The notes under the pieces are model-generated. The model saw only the letters and a list, made by a program, of their open reading frames with translations, searched no databases and was not told the DNA's origin. A program made the translations under genes and the position numbers. Below are positions 37,430 to 53,019 of a stretch of DNA of 64,000 nt, one piece after another; position 1 is the first letter of the stretch, and each line of letters begins with the position of its first letter. Source of the stretch: Octopus vulgaris (lineage: Eukaryota); assembly GCA_951406725.2 (NCBI GenBank), contig OX597814.1, positions 105,090,001 through 105,154,000 on the forward strand, in the 5' to 3' direction.

Positions 37430-39775
37430 AAATAAATGGAGAGTGTACAAATGAAAAGTTGATACCAGATAACATTGAAAGTCAAAGATTTTAGGGTGAC
37501 ATCTGGTGTGAAGACAAGGAGCACAAGAAGGATGCTGAATTGTTGCAAGAACTGACACAAACAGTAGTCCGTCCACAACAGGTAGAACTAGTCATTTCAG
37601 TTAGGGAAGTGAAGGATATTAGCAAAAAATGAGCAACTTGAAGGCCCCGGGACCAGATGGAGTTCAAGGCTACTGGATCAAAAGATTTTGTGAATGTTAT
37701 GAACGAACAGCTGCACATCTCAACTCAACACCTTGTTAAATGCCGACCAAATAACACCAGAGTAGTTGACATTGGGTAGGACAGTGCTGTGCCTGAAAAA
37801 CATCGAAGAAGGCAATACGGTAAACAATTACAGGCCGATATCCTTTTTGCCACTTATGTGGAAGTTATTGACTGGAATACTCGCAAAGTCAATGTACGAA
37901 CGTCTAGAAAAAAATTGAGTCCTGCACATGAGCAGAAGGGTTGCAAGCGTAAGTGCAGAGGGACCAGGGATCAACTCCTGATAGACAAAACTGTATTCAG
38001 AGACTGAAAGAGGAGGAAAAGTAACTTAGCGATGTCATGGACCGACTATCGTAAGACATACGATATGACACACTTTTGGATTATGGAGTGTATGAACTTA
38101 TTTGGTATTGCATCGAATGTTGAGCGATTGCTTGGGAAAATTATAGCAAAGTGGAAGACGGAGATAAGTAGAAGCGTCTTCCAAGGGGACTGCCTGACCC
38201 CACCGACCTTTGTACTGCGCTTGATACCACTAACACTGATTCTAGGGAAAGCAAAGTGAATCATTTATTATTCATGGATGACCTAAAACGTTATGGTAAA
38301 GATGAAGCCCAAGTCAGTTCCCTCGTTGATACGGTGTATACCTTCAGTGCGGATATCAGAATGGAGTTGCGACTGAGAAAGTGTGGTGTGTTAGTCTTGA
38401 AGAGAGGCAAAATCAAATGTATGGACGGGCTAACGATACCGTCGGGGAAGGTTATGAAGCAGATAGAAAAGACGGGCTACAAGAACTTGGGGATTTTGGA
38501 AATGGATAAATTGATAGAGAAAGAAATGACAGACAAAAAATTATGGTGGAGTACTTGCGCAGACTGAAACTGATGCCAAAGTTGAAATTGAATGGAAGGT
38601 ATAAGATCGAAGCTATCAATACCAGAGTGGTTTCAATCCTTAGATATGGAGCAGGGGTAATCGCATGGACAGCAGACGAACTAAATAGCTTAGACAGAAA
38701 GACAAGGAACTTACTGACTAGATATGGGTCGCTCCACTCAGGGAAGGGACTTATAGGATGTGAACACAGCATTAGATCAGAAGAAAACAACATAGCATGG
38801 TATGCAAAAAATGTCATATAACCGCTATTATTAGAAGTAAGAAGGTCAGGCGTGTGTAGGATGGGAGATTACAAAGATAAAGCATTATACAAGAAATTGA
38901 AAACGAATGAAACTGAAAATAGGTGGCTAAAGACAACAATGCATTGTAAATTTCATAGGGATGTTAAAGATAAGACAGACAGAGAAAAAAGATGGCTGTG
39001 GATGACTAAATGTATTTTAAAACCGGAAACGGAGATACTAATCTGTGCTGCCCCAGAACAAGCATTAAGAACTAATTACATCAAATACAGAATAAACAAC
39101 ACATCAGAAAGTAACAAGTGCAGAATTTGTGGACAAAATGGTGAAAGCGTTTGGCATATTGCCAGTCAATGTACGCCACTAGCCCAGAAAGAAAATAAGT
39201 GATGTCATGAACATATAGCAAGGATTGTCCATTGGACACTGCAACAAGTATGGATTTGACAGAGCAAAAACAGTAGTACGAATATAAACCCGAAGGCATC
39301 ATCGAAAATGATAAGGTAAAGATTCTGTGGGATTTTATGATTCTTTGCGACCATGAGATTGAGAATAGGAAGCCAGACATAGATTTAATCGAGAAAGAAA
39401 GCAAACGATGCTGGATCATAGATATAGTATGCCCAGCTGACAACAAGGTATGCGATAAGGAAGAAAGAAAAGTCGACAGATATGACAAGTTAGCTGGGGA
39501 AGGGTAAGCAGTTGTGTTCGATAAAAAAGGGGGCAGTAGTACCAATAATTGTCGGAGCCCTGGGAACAGTGAGTAAAAATCTTGAGAAGTACATTTAACA
39601 AGTAGGGGCTGCAATAAGGATGGAGCATCTGCAGAAAACAGCACTGCTTGGAACCGTTCGAATACTTTGGATGGTGCCCGAAAAATAAGAGGTGTTACCT
39701 TAGTTTACTGGTTGTGAAAAGCTGGCACCATAGTAAATCTCCTGCGTTAGAAGCTGTGCAAACACAATAAAATAG
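37430..39775 (+). mobile_element. R4/Dong-clade non-LTR retrotransposon (RT, CCHC finger, restriction-like endonuclease), decayed
   Basis: WTDYRKTYD, FQGDCL, NHLLFMDDLK, CRICGQNGESVWHIASQC, KILWDF..RKPDI..IIDI, VPIIVGALGT; ends in TAA/TGA repeats. Confidence 0.85.
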
Positions 39776-39810
39776 TAATGATGATGATGATGACGATGAC
39801 GACGACGACG

Positions 39811-39843
<33 letters not shown>

Positions 39844-39844
39844 T

Positions 39845-40340
39845 ACAGTACCAGGCAGTGGGTCTCATGGCTTGGTATAAAAGATGGGCAACAGCAAATA
39901 TTCTGCTCAATACCACAGCTTTGCTTGTCAGTTGTTTGACCATAACTAGTTGACTATGTCCCTATGTGGCTGATATGTGCATCTCTGATCTCGAGCAGAA
40001 GTAGTGGGGGAGCATCATAGCCATGTGTTGAGAAGGATTCTTTGAGGTTTGGATAATTCACCTTTGGAAACATGGGTGGTTCGTTCAGCATTCTTAAACA
40101 ATCCTTATTCAGGGACCTTTTGAGTGGGATGGGTTACTCGACCAGAAGAAAATTCTAACTGAACACCACCTGCAATGTCATGCGCTGTTTATCTTGATAT
40201 GAGATCACCATGTCGCGCACATATGGTTGTGATGCATGTGCCTGGTGTACACTTATCAGATGGGTAGTCATGACGGGTATACTGGGCTTTGTATATTTTA
40301 CCCCAGTGTCACTTTGATGGCATGCACTGCTCTCTCACAC
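39845..40340 (-). mobile_element. Unclassified non-coding interspersed-repeat-like segment between (GAT)n and (TAA)n tracts
   Basis: Complex sequence bounded by trinucleotide repeats with no credible ORF. No second copy in this window, so repeat status is an inference. Confidence 0.35.
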
Positions 40341-40392
40341 AATAATAATAATAATGATGATGATAATAATAATAATAATAGTAATAATAATA

Positions 40393-40433
<41 letters not shown>

Positions 40434-40494
40434 AATGATAATCATGATGATGATGATGATAATGATAATCATGATGATGATGATGATGATGATA

Positions 40495-40553
<59 letters not shown>

Positions 40554-40573
40554 AATGATGATGAATGATAATG

Positions 40574-40623
<50 letters not shown>

Positions 40624-40640
40624 GATAATAATAATAACGA
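40341..40640. repeat. (TAA/TGA)n compound microsatellite
   Basis: Direct inspection. Confidence 0.95.
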
Positions 40641-41590
40641 CTTCCCATTTACTATTTATATCTGAAATCCTTCGGAAAAGATATCCACAATCTGTTTGCA
40701 GTAATTTTTTTTTTTCGTTTTTAAGCAACAATTCCCAAACAAAGAACAGACAAACAAGTTGAATCATCCTTCAAAAAATACATGGAACTAATTATAGAAA
40801 TGTGGTTTTGGGTGCCAACAGCAAGAGCAAATTGTATTTGCTGCCTGGCTGCCTTGAAGTGATTTTCTTGGAACTAATTTCATTGTGATTCGATGAGGAA
40901 TCTGTCGCAGGAAAAGATTTGGTTGGGCTTTAAAAGACATTCTTCTGCATCAACAACGAAGACAGAATGAAGAAGGGAAAATAGTCTTGTTTAAGAACAA
41001 AAACCAAAATAAAAAACAGAGAAACAAAACGGAGCTAAAAGAAAGCAAAAATGGTAAAATAAAGATGGGGAGTTGAAGAAGAACTAAAGACTGGGAGCGG
41101 AATAAGAGAACGACAAATGGAAAAGAAATCATTGATAGAAGAGGGGGAGATGGGTGATGTGGGGGAGACAAAAGCTGACACAAAAGAAGAGGATTGAAAT
41201 GGTGGGAGGAGAAGGAATAAAAGCATTTAATTGAGAGAATTAAAAGTGCCAAAGACGCCAAACACAGACATACACTCATGAATGCCATCTGTAGATTGGT
41301 TTCTCTAACATGAAGTTTCAATTTATAAAGTTTTATACTATGCTACCTTACATTGCCTTATACTATATTATATTATATATTATGTTATACTCTACCATAT
41401 TATTCTAAATTATCATAAACGTAAGACGAAGCTATTGAAGCTTGATATTTGGTACTGGACCCAAGTAGTAGGGTAGAGAAACAGGAGAACAGCTCACATC
41501 TGACACACCGACCCGGTGCCATTTAATATGGGCAGACGTCATCAAGGAACGACGGAGTGCCTGTGACATGGATACGCGGTGCGCATACGT

Positions 41591-41911
<321 letters not shown>

Positions 41912-41955
41912 TATATATATATATATATATGTGTGTATATACATATATGTATGTA

Positions 41956-42025
<70 letters not shown>

Positions 42026-42041
42026 CATATATATATATAAC

Positions 42042-42076
<35 letters not shown>

Positions 42077-42407
42077 TGTATGTATGCATGTATGTATGTA
42101 TGTATGTGTGTGTGTGTGTGTATAAAAAATCAAATGCTAAGGTTATTTGAGTACGTACGTTTCAAGATTAGTCAAAACAACATTTCTATCTTCAGCTCAG
42201 AAATTCCTTGGTTTGGATTTGGAAACACTGAAAGTAAGAACATACCCTTTCGAAGATCCGCTCGTTACTAACAGTGCCAACAAACCCAAAATAAGCAAGT
42301 GAAGAATTTCTGTTCTCCCCTTTCCACCAGCGTGGGTTAAAATCATCAAACGCTATGCTTATTTCGGTAAAATCCGAAGCATTAATTAGAGGGAGATTAA
42401 TTATAAT

Positions 42408-42703
42408 TTCAACAATTGAGGGTAAAATTAATTAATTATTAATCAATTTCACCAAGTGTTCAGTATGCAAAGGGACCATTTAAGGCGAATTCAAATTATT
42501 ACATTATATAAAAGGGCTTAGTAAAATAAATTACTTCGCCGCATACTGAACTCATTTCTAATGAGTTCAGTATGCGGCGAAGTAATTTATTTTACTAAGC
42601 CCTTTTATATAATGTAATAATTTGAATTCGCCTTAAATGGTCCCTTTGCATACTGAACACTTGGTGAAATTGATTAATAATTAATTAATTTTACCCTCAA
42701 TTG

Positions 42704-42708
<5 letters not shown>
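42408..42708. repeat. Palindrome with 149-bp arms and 3-nt loop
   Basis: 42408-42556 is the reverse complement of 42560-42708; no mismatch found by eye. Confidence 0.95.
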
Positions 42709-42750
<42 letters not shown>

Positions 42751-42753
42751 TAA

Positions 42754-42789
<36 letters not shown>

Positions 42790-42829
42790 TGTATGTATGT
42801 ATGTATGTATGTATGCATGTATGTATGTA

Positions 42830-42860
<31 letters not shown>

Positions 42861-43299
42861 ATGTGTATGCTTCTTCCAGGCTATAGTAGAAGACACTTGT
42901 CCGCAGGATTGAACCCGGTATCATGTTGTTGGGAAGCAAGTTGCTTTTCCTCACAATCGCGACTGCGCCCATTTCTATATTTTTCCCTTCTCATTCAATA
43001 ACTGTTCAATTTCTAATTAATTGCTTCGTTACCCCCATTAACTGATTAATTAGCACGTCCATTTCTTCCTTCTTTCTTATTTCCCAAACCAATCTCCCTC
43101 ATAAGATCCTCCATATTTTATCGCAAAGCATCTCTCCCTTTTTCTTCTCCCTTTTGCCTTCTTAACTCCTCCTTTCTCTTCTCCAATTCTTCATTTCTCG
43201 TCCACTTTTCTTCCTTCCACTCTTTACTTTTCTTGGAATAAGAATTAAGAATTCAATAGGTTTTTTTTTTTTTTCTTTCTGTATTCTTTTCTATTTTCA

Positions 43300-44580
<1,281 letters not shown>

Positions 44581-45071
44581 TACATCCACAAATCCACTCA
44601 TTTCATCTCGCCTCGCTGTATCTTTCCTGACTCTTTGTCTTCTAACACAAACCCCAGCGACGATGTTGGTGCCAAGCTACGTCAGTACATTTGCATTGCA
44701 CTTGTCCAATTCACATACACACACCCTACCATCAGGCGCACACACACACAGACACACACACACACATATGCACACACGTCTATACAAACCAAAATACTCA
44801 CACCTATATAAAAGTTAAATATTTATACATATACAGACTCGTATATATATACCAGTCTGTATGTTTGTGTGTGTGTTTGTGCGTGTGTATGTGTGTATGT
44901 TGGATGTATTCACATGCATATGTGTATACATATACACTGGCAAGGTTTCCTTTTGATGTGGTCCCAAATAAGAGGACTTTCACAAAGACTTGGCTAATTT
45001 TAGATTTGTATAATCTGTTGATGAAGTCCAGGGTTGGTTTGAGTTAATTACAGGGAGGTGGTGGAGAAGCG

Positions 45072-45120
<49 letters not shown>

Positions 45121-46554
45121 AGGAAAAGATGAGCTACAACAAGAACAACAACAACAACAGCCTCGAAACAACACTAATAACAACAACATCAGCGACAGCA
45201 ACAGCAACAACAGAATTGAAAAGGACTCTAAGACATAGCAGTAATAGAAGGATGAAGAGAAAGTTTAGGCGGGAAAGGGGATGAGATGGGCTGAGAGATG
45301 TGGAAAAAGCAGACGATAATAAGAAATAACTACAAAACGTCTTTGTTGTTGTTTGTTGTTATTGTTAAGTTAATGAATCTGTGCACCATCTTTGATTTAG
45401 AGTTACTGCTATACAATTTCTCCGCTAATGTTCTCTCTTCGGAAAGGCATGCACTTCACATTATCATGCTCAACTTGTCCACTCAATTTTTAATTACTTT
45501 TTAAACCCACCCAAGAATAAATATTTTCAAAAGCTTCTGTCAAGTCGGTTGAGCGCCGAAGAGAGAATTCCTATTTGTATGTACTTTGCGTTGGATAAAA
45601 AAAAAACTACCAAACCAGAGCGTGGGGTTGGTGCAGATTTAAGAACATTGGACAAGATATCTTGCGGTATGTGTTCCGACTCTTTGTATTTTCAGATCAA
45701 ATTCTGCCGTGGCCTTTTTCGGTTCCATTCGCCAGCCGGCTTAACACCACTGTCTGGCATCTTGGCAACCTTTAGCGGAGTCCAGTCGTTGCAACCATTC
45801 GTAGCAGGTCTCTCATTTGAGGTTACTTTCTGCTTCTCTTCTCCAAAACCAGTTTTGAAGGCCCTCTAAAGTGTCGAGGAAACTGTTTTACCTCTTGAAT
45901 AAAGGGATTTTCAAATGATTTTGCTGAACAACTCAACTGTTTCAATCCCTTTTATGTAAGAAAGGTGAGATCAGCTTCCATCGCAGCTCAGAACCCAGTG
46001 TTCTGTTGAACCTGACATCCGAAACGAAATCATGAATATTTTAAACTAAACATGTTGACTGTGTTATTACAAACGATATTCGATAACGCGCTGCGTATTA
46101 TCGAAACCCACATAGGGTCACTCGGAAAATCTATTTTCATATATAACTGGGGCCTTCATATAATCCTAGCATGCACCTAAATTGTAATTTCACTCCGACT
46201 CATTTATAAATGTGATGTCTACAGATATGTCCGTCATAGAAATGTCTGGTTGTTCAGCTGTGTTGAGACCAAAAGCTTCAGAGAACCGTTTCCATTGCTT
46301 TCCACCGCCAAGACCACCATTCCATCTTCCGGATTAACGTCGTCTGTCATGAAGCTTGATCCAGCTGAACAAACAAGGTTTAAATCGAAGCGTTGTAAAC
46401 GCTAGTCCCGTTCGCAACACCGCTTCTATTTTGAAGTCCCTTGAGTCATCCAGCAGTCGTTCTGCACCATTCCATACTGGGAATGCGTCCCATTGGCGCA
46501 AGAGAGACCCTTCATACAACCATCGTTAAAAGTAACTGCTAACTGAAAGCCTGA

Positions 46555-46718
46555 TAGTAAAGATTGTTGCCAAGATAGCAGTCCTGGTTTAGGACGAATG
46601 TTGCTGTAATTTAGACCCGAGAGACATCATTTCCAGCTGGCTATACGACACGATAAATTACAGCAACATTCGTCCTAAACCAGGACTGCCATGTTATCTT
46701 GGCAAACAGTCTTTACTA
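46555..46718. mobile_element. MITE with ~60-bp TIRs and TA at both ends
   Basis: TA-GTAAAGA..GCCAAGATA..GCAGTCCTGGTTTAGGACGAATGTTGCTGTAATTTA is mirrored at 46654-46718. Confidence 0.7.
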
Positions 46719-47937
46719 GAAAGTACTGTTGCTGAATATCTCACGTTGTGAGATTTAAAAATAGTAATTTTCTAATGAAAGCCTGATGTCTCAAATCTCT
46801 CTTCAATCTCCGTTCTTCTCTAAGACATCGGAATGGATTTCAGTCGTAAAAAAGCTACTTCGCGTCTGCAGACGAAAAGCAGACATATTCTTTTGTCTTT
46901 TGCTTCTTTCAGTCATTTGATTGTGGCCATGCTGGAGCAGAACCTTGAAGAGTTTTAGTCAAACGAATCGACCCCAGATATTAATTTTTTTTTAAGCCTG
47001 GTTCTTAATCTATCGGTCTCTTTTGCTGAGCCGCTAAGTTACGGGGACGTAACTTACGGTTATCAATCGGGATAAGGTGAAGGTGGAAAAACACACTCAC
47101 ACACATACAATATATATAGATATATATATGTATGTATCAGACATTCGTTTCTTTTACATGATGGAGGCGCGCCTGTTGTGTTTTCATTCAGGAACTCCGT
47201 GTTTATATCCGTAACAACAGTCCAAGAACTGTATAAACAAATAAAGAATCGTATCTTGCGCTGATTTATTCCACTATTCTTATCTTGCGGAATGTGTGGT
47301 CGTTTTTGTGCCAAGAAAGGAAACTCTTCATGTATTTCTCAACTGGGATAAAGAAGAAAAAAACGATAATTTAATCAATTATAAGAAATAGAATAAGTTC
47401 TTCAGTATATACATGCATGTGTGTGTGTGTGTGTGTGCGTGTGTGAAAATATACTAAACCTGTTTATTGATTATAAATTCAATTGATTTGTCATTTACAC
47501 TCCTCACTCACAAGTAATGTTGTTGTCATCTCCCGGGAGACAAGCAAGAAATAATTTCTAAAGTATTTACAGAAACATTTATAATTGACAAATTCTGGTC
47601 ACATTTCAAAAGTCGATTGTTGTTTGTATTTTGTGATTTAGTAAGCTATTTCATCTTCCAGCTTCTTCACTTTCTTATTTACTAAACGCCAAAAAAAAAA
47701 AAAGAAATTACCGGAAACTACTATTTTTTAAACAAAATCTCGCGCTGCAAACCCAAAGTGAAATGCTGACGAGCTTTAAAGTGCAAGTATATACATCGAA
47801 CGAGTAAATTCTGCTGTTAGACTTTGACTCCAGATTGAAACCTGCGTGATAAAGCTCTTCATGTACAGATAGATCAATCTTATGCCTATCAAAAATATCA
47901 ATCTTTCGTATAGGCTTTTTTTATGAAATCATATTGA

Positions 47938-48108
47938 CATATTCTGTTGTGTCAGGGGAGAGTAATTTTCTTTTGCGCCTTATGATTTAACACATGTACC
48001 GGTAAAATTTACACCTATTTCTTATAAAATTAAGAAATTTTACCAGTGAGTGTGTTAAATCATAAGGCACAAAAAGAAAATGGCCCTCCCCAGACACAAC
48101 AAAATATG
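47938..48108. mobile_element. MITE-like fold-back element with ~73-bp arms
   Basis: CATATT.TGTTGTGTC.GGGGAG...GCCTTATGATTTAACACA..CCGGTAAAATTT is mirrored at 48035-48108. Confidence 0.7.
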
Positions 48109-48269
48109 CTTCAACGCACGAACTCATGTAAAGAATCTTGCAAACCAAATCCAAAAACGAAACATATTGACATAGAAAACCAGAAAATCCCCAGAACCCC
48201 TCATTTCAGGGTAAGTATTAAAGAGCTCAAGAGAAGCTGTACTTGCGTGATGATTGATTATTCTTTTCT

Positions 48270-48842
48270 ACTCTAGGCACAAGGCCCGAAATTCTGAGGC
48301 AAGGGGCCAGTCGATTATATCGACCCCAGTGCGTAACTGGGACTTAATTTGTCAACTCCGAAAGGATGAAAGGCAAAATCGACATCGGTGGAAATCGAAC
48401 TCAGAACGAAAAGACAGACGAAATACCTATTTCTTTACTACCCACAAGGGGCTAAACACAGAAAGGACAAACAAGGACAGACAAACGGATTAGTCAATTA
48501 CATGGACCCCAGTACGTAACTGGTTCTTATTTAATCGAGCACGAAAGGATGAAAGGCAAAGTCGACCTCGGCAGAATTCGTACTCAGAACGTAAAGACAG
48601 ACGAAATACCTATTTCTTTACTACCCACAAGGGGCTAAACACAGAGAGGGACAAACAAGGACAGACAAACGGATTAAGCCGATTACATGGACCCCCAGTG
48701 CATAACTGGTACTTATGTAATCGACATCGAAAGGATGAAAGGCAAAGTCGACCTCGGCGGAATTTGAACTCAGAACGTAACGGCAAACGAAATACCGCTA
48801 AGCATTTCTCACGGCGTACTAACGTTTCCGCCACCTCGCCGT
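48270..48842 (-). repeat. Head-to-tail trimer of a Nin-like SINE (period ~183 bp)
   Basis: G(G)ACCCCAGT..TAACTGG..GAAAGGATGAAAGGCAAA recurs at ~48322, ~48505 and ~48689. Confidence 0.8.
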
Positions 48843-48847
48843 CTTGG

Positions 48848-49085
48848 TTGCGTTATGATTATTGCTCAAGCATTACCATTTGTTCAAATTTTAAAGAAAT
48901 GAGAAACAAAACTCATTAAAATTCATATTCTTCGCCAAAATCTTGGTTGATACTGACCAAACGCTCTTTCTTTTATCTTTTACTTGTTTCAGCCAATAGA
49001 CTGCGGCCATGCTGTGGCACCGCCTTCAACAATTTTAGTCGATCGAATCGACCCCGTTACTTATTTTTCGTAAAGTGTGTCTATA

Positions 49086-49173
<88 letters not shown>

Positions 49174-49930
49174 CACATATATATATATAATAATATAAAT
49201 AAGATATAAATATATGTCTATATACATACATATATGTACATACCTACATCTATATGTTTATATACATGCATATATGGGTACAGGACATTAACAAAATGCT
49301 GAACACAATGAGAAACGAAAACAGCATATATATACATATACCTCCCCCATGATTTAGCGGTTCGGCAAAAGAGAGAGAAGTAGTGCCAAACTTTACGAAA
49401 AAATAAGTACTGGGGTCGATTCGATCGACTAAAATTGTTGAAGGCGGTGCCACAGCATGGCCGCAGTCTATTGGCTGAAACAAGTAAAAGATAAAAGAAA
49501 GAGAATTTGGTCAGTATCAACCAAGATTTTGGCGAACAATATGAATTTTAAAGAGTTTTGTTTCTCATTTCTTTAAAAATTTGAACAAATGGTAATGTTT
49601 GAGCAATAATCATAACGCAAACAAGGCGTGTTTCTGTACGTGTCCACCTACTATCGCTTGACAACCGATGCTGGTGTATTTACGTCCCCGTAACTTAGCA
49701 GTTCGGCAAAACAGACCGATATAATTAGTACTAGGCTTACAAACAATAAGTCCTGGGGTCGATTTGCTCGACTGAAGACGGTGTTCCAGAATGGTGTTCC
49801 AGTATGGCCGCAGTCAAATGATTGAAACAAGTAACAGAATAAAAGCATACATACATATGTATATATACATATACACACGCACACAATCACTCACACACAC
49901 ATACATATATATATATGTATATGTATGTGT

Positions 49931-49984
<54 letters not shown>

Positions 49985-50395
49985 GTATACACATACATAT
50001 ACATATACATATATATGTATGTATGTATACACATACATATATATATATGTATATGTATGTGTATACATATATATATATATATATTTGTATACACATACAT
50101 ATACATATATATATATGTAAGTGTGTGTGAGTGATTGTGTGCGTGTGTGTATGTAAATATACATATGTATGTATGTTTTTATTCTATTACTTGTTTCAAT
50201 CATTTGATTGCGGCCATACTGGAACATCATTCTGGAACACCGTCTTCAGTCGAGCAAATCGACCCCAGGACTTATTGTTTGTAAGCCTAGTACTAATTAT
50301 ATCGGTCTGTTTTGCCGAACTGCTAAGTTACGAGGACGTAAATACAAGGCAGCATCGGTTGCCAAGCGATAGTAGGTGGACACGTACAGAAACAC
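48848..50395. repeat. Two abutting inverted duplications
   Basis: 48848-49076 / 49390-49620 and 49628-~49935 / ~50070-50395, each centred on microsatellite-rich DNA. Confidence 0.85.
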
Positions 50396-51284
50396 AAACA
50401 TATACTTCAGTTTCCGTCTACCTAATCGACTCACAAGGCTTTGGTCGGCCCATGGCTATAGTAGAAGACCCTTGCACATGGTGCCACGCAGTGAGATTGA
50501 ACCTGGAACCATGTAGGTGGGAAGCAGACTTCTCACACGCCTGCACCTATGTTAACGGTATTATGAGTAACGCTTCTCTTAACAACCAACACATTCATTC
50601 TGTAACTAGTTAACATCTGACTGGGTTGAAATATTTCTTATTTGTTGACAGGAATTGTATATTTGTAGAATATCCACAGAACAGAACGCAGTCTTCACTG
50701 CCTGCAGAAACGAGGCTTTTCATATAAAACTGTTAACCCCAGATCATATTGGCGAGATGTAGAAATACTCTAACTAAGCCAATATATTTATAGTTAGGCT
50801 TCAATAAGTATTAGCTCTATATTCAATGCAACACATACAAATACCTGGTCTTTTTGCATTATATATAATAAGTATTCAATCACGTAGCTTCCCTCAGATT
50901 CTTTCCCCACCATTTTAAACATCTATTTAGATTCTGTCTTTCTCGCACACATACTATCAATCTTTTTTCCCTTTTCTCTTAGGAATTTTGGAGTCGACCT
51001 CATCCGTTTCACCTTTGAACTTGTGTTTCGGAAAATGATAGGACACGAAAGAGATCAAAATCATATTTCCAATTCCTCGATACCACTGGAAATTGGCAAT
51101 GATAAATGGTTTATCATTAATTTCTCTTCTGCCATCGTTGCTGTTTGTGTGAGGTTTTGTGATGCAGCTTGTTCGATGTTGACCATAAATTACTTTGATA
51201 GAGATCGTAAATTGTATGTGCAGCTAATGAAAGTAAACACGGTCAGCTTACCTGAATGAAAACGCTGATTTAGACACACACACA

Positions 51285-51322
<38 letters not shown>

Positions 51323-51920
51323 GACATGTAACCACATACACACACAAGCACATACAACCATACACTCAGACACAGACAGCGGCACAGGCAAAGATGCAGA
51401 CATGAACACACATATCCATACATATAAGCTAAGATTTGAGCATGTGCTTCTGAGGGACTTACAAACAGGGAAAATATGCGTGTGCATGTGTGTTAGTGTG
51501 TGTGAGAGAGAGATAGAAAGAGGAAGAAATAGAGAGAGAATGACAGAGAGGGAGAGAGAGAGAGACTGTGTATGAATGCATGTTTAAGTAAGAATTAACA
51601 GAAATTTTATGGCCGAGATGTATAGGCGTGGGTGTGTGACATGATGGTAAGAAGCTTGCTTCCTAACCACATGGTTCCGGGTTCAGTCCCACTGTGTGGC
51701 CCCTTGGGCAAGTGACTTCTACTATAGTCTCAGGCAGACAAAAGCTTTGAGTGGATTTGGTTGCCGGAAACAATCATATATATATGCGAAATTTTGGGGG
51801 AGGGGGCTAGCCGATTATTCGACTCCGAAAGGATGAACGCAAAGTCAACCGCGACGGAATTTGAACTCAGAACATTAAGACAATTCAAATACTGCTAAGC
51901 ATTTAAATGTGATGGTCATA

Positions 51921-51967
<47 letters not shown>

Positions 51968-51970
<3 letters not shown>

Positions 51971-52353
51971 TGGAAGCACTCTGTCGGTTACGACGATGAG
52001 GGTTCCGGCTGATCCGAATCAACGGAACAGCCTGCTCGTAAAATTAACGTGTAAATGGCTGAGCACTCCACAGACACGTGTACCCTTAACGTAGTTCTCG
52101 GGGATATTCAGCGTGACACAGAGAGTGACAAGGCCGGCCCTTTGAAATACAGGTACAACAGAAACAGGAAGTAAGAGTGAGAGAAAGTTGTGGTGAAAGA
52201 GTACAGCAGGGATCACCCCCATCCCCTGCCGGAGCCTCGTGGAGCTTTAGGTGTTTTCGCTCAATAAACACTCACAACGCCCGGTCTGGGAATCGAAACC
52301 GCGATCCTATGACCGCGAGTCCGCTGCCCTAACCACTGGGCCATTGCGCCTCC
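51968..52353 (-). mobile_element. tRNA-derived SINE, full length
   Basis: Minus strand GGAGGCGCAATGGCCCAGTGGTTAGGGCAGCGGACTCGCGGTC...GGTTTCGATTCCC, a tRNA-like head with boxes A and B. Confidence 0.85.
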
Positions 52354-52368
52354 ACATATATATATATA

Positions 52369-52593
52369 GTTAATCCAAACAAGAAAGCACAAAAAAAAAA
52401 CAAAAAAAAAACACAACAACGCGAGGACGTGGAACAAATATAGTATTATTGGACGCTCAGGAAAGAAGGAAAGAAGGCGGGTTTAACCTTTTTGAGCGGA
52501 GCTCTTCGTCGGAAATAAAGGAGAAGGAAAGATCTAGAGAAGGGAAGACAGAGGGAAAAAAATCGCCAATGGTGCACACGAGGTCACATTTTT

Positions 52594-52596
<3 letters not shown>
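52369..52596 (-). mobile_element. Short (TA)n-inserted element with decayed hammerhead-like motif at 52481-52516
   Basis: Minus strand ATTT|CCGACGA|A|GAGC-TCC-GCTC|AAAAAG|GTT|AAAC; homolog of 41703-41911. Confidence 0.6.
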
Positions 52597-52632
<36 letters not shown>

Positions 52633-53019
52633 CATGTGTGTGTGTGTCACCCCACCTCCTCTTGACAACTCTCCTTGATGAGTTTACGTCCCTATAACTG
52701 CTTGATGGGGTGCTGCTACCGTCACTGCCGTTGCCGCACTCATTGTTGCCGTTGCTGCTGTTGTGGGCGTACGTGTCGTTCCTGTTTGCGCTATTACTCT
52801 GGCTGCCAGTGGCGGTAGCATCGCATTAAGTAGCAGGGACAACAACATCAACAGTTACGGCGGCAGCAACAACACCGACATTGCGACCAGAAATGGCTGC
52901 TACACCAACAATAGCGGAACCACCAGAATCACGTCCAGGAATATTAGCACCAGTAGCGACTTCAACAACAACTACAATAATATCAGACCCGGAGTTAACG
53001 AAAGAAACATCAACTTTGG

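Noticed and set aside
42558-42672. CTAATGA-stem...GAAA read as a hammerhead
   Set aside because: G5 is substituted, 7 nt separate the stem from GAAA, and the other family members lack these residues.
47764-47860. CTGACGA followed by a GCTTTA/TAAAGC stem
   Set aside because: No GAAA after the stem and no stem I or III, so not a hammerhead.
48322-48842. Regularly spaced repeats resembling an array
   Set aside because: Whole ~183-bp units repeat without unique spacers; this is a SINE multimer, not CRISPR.
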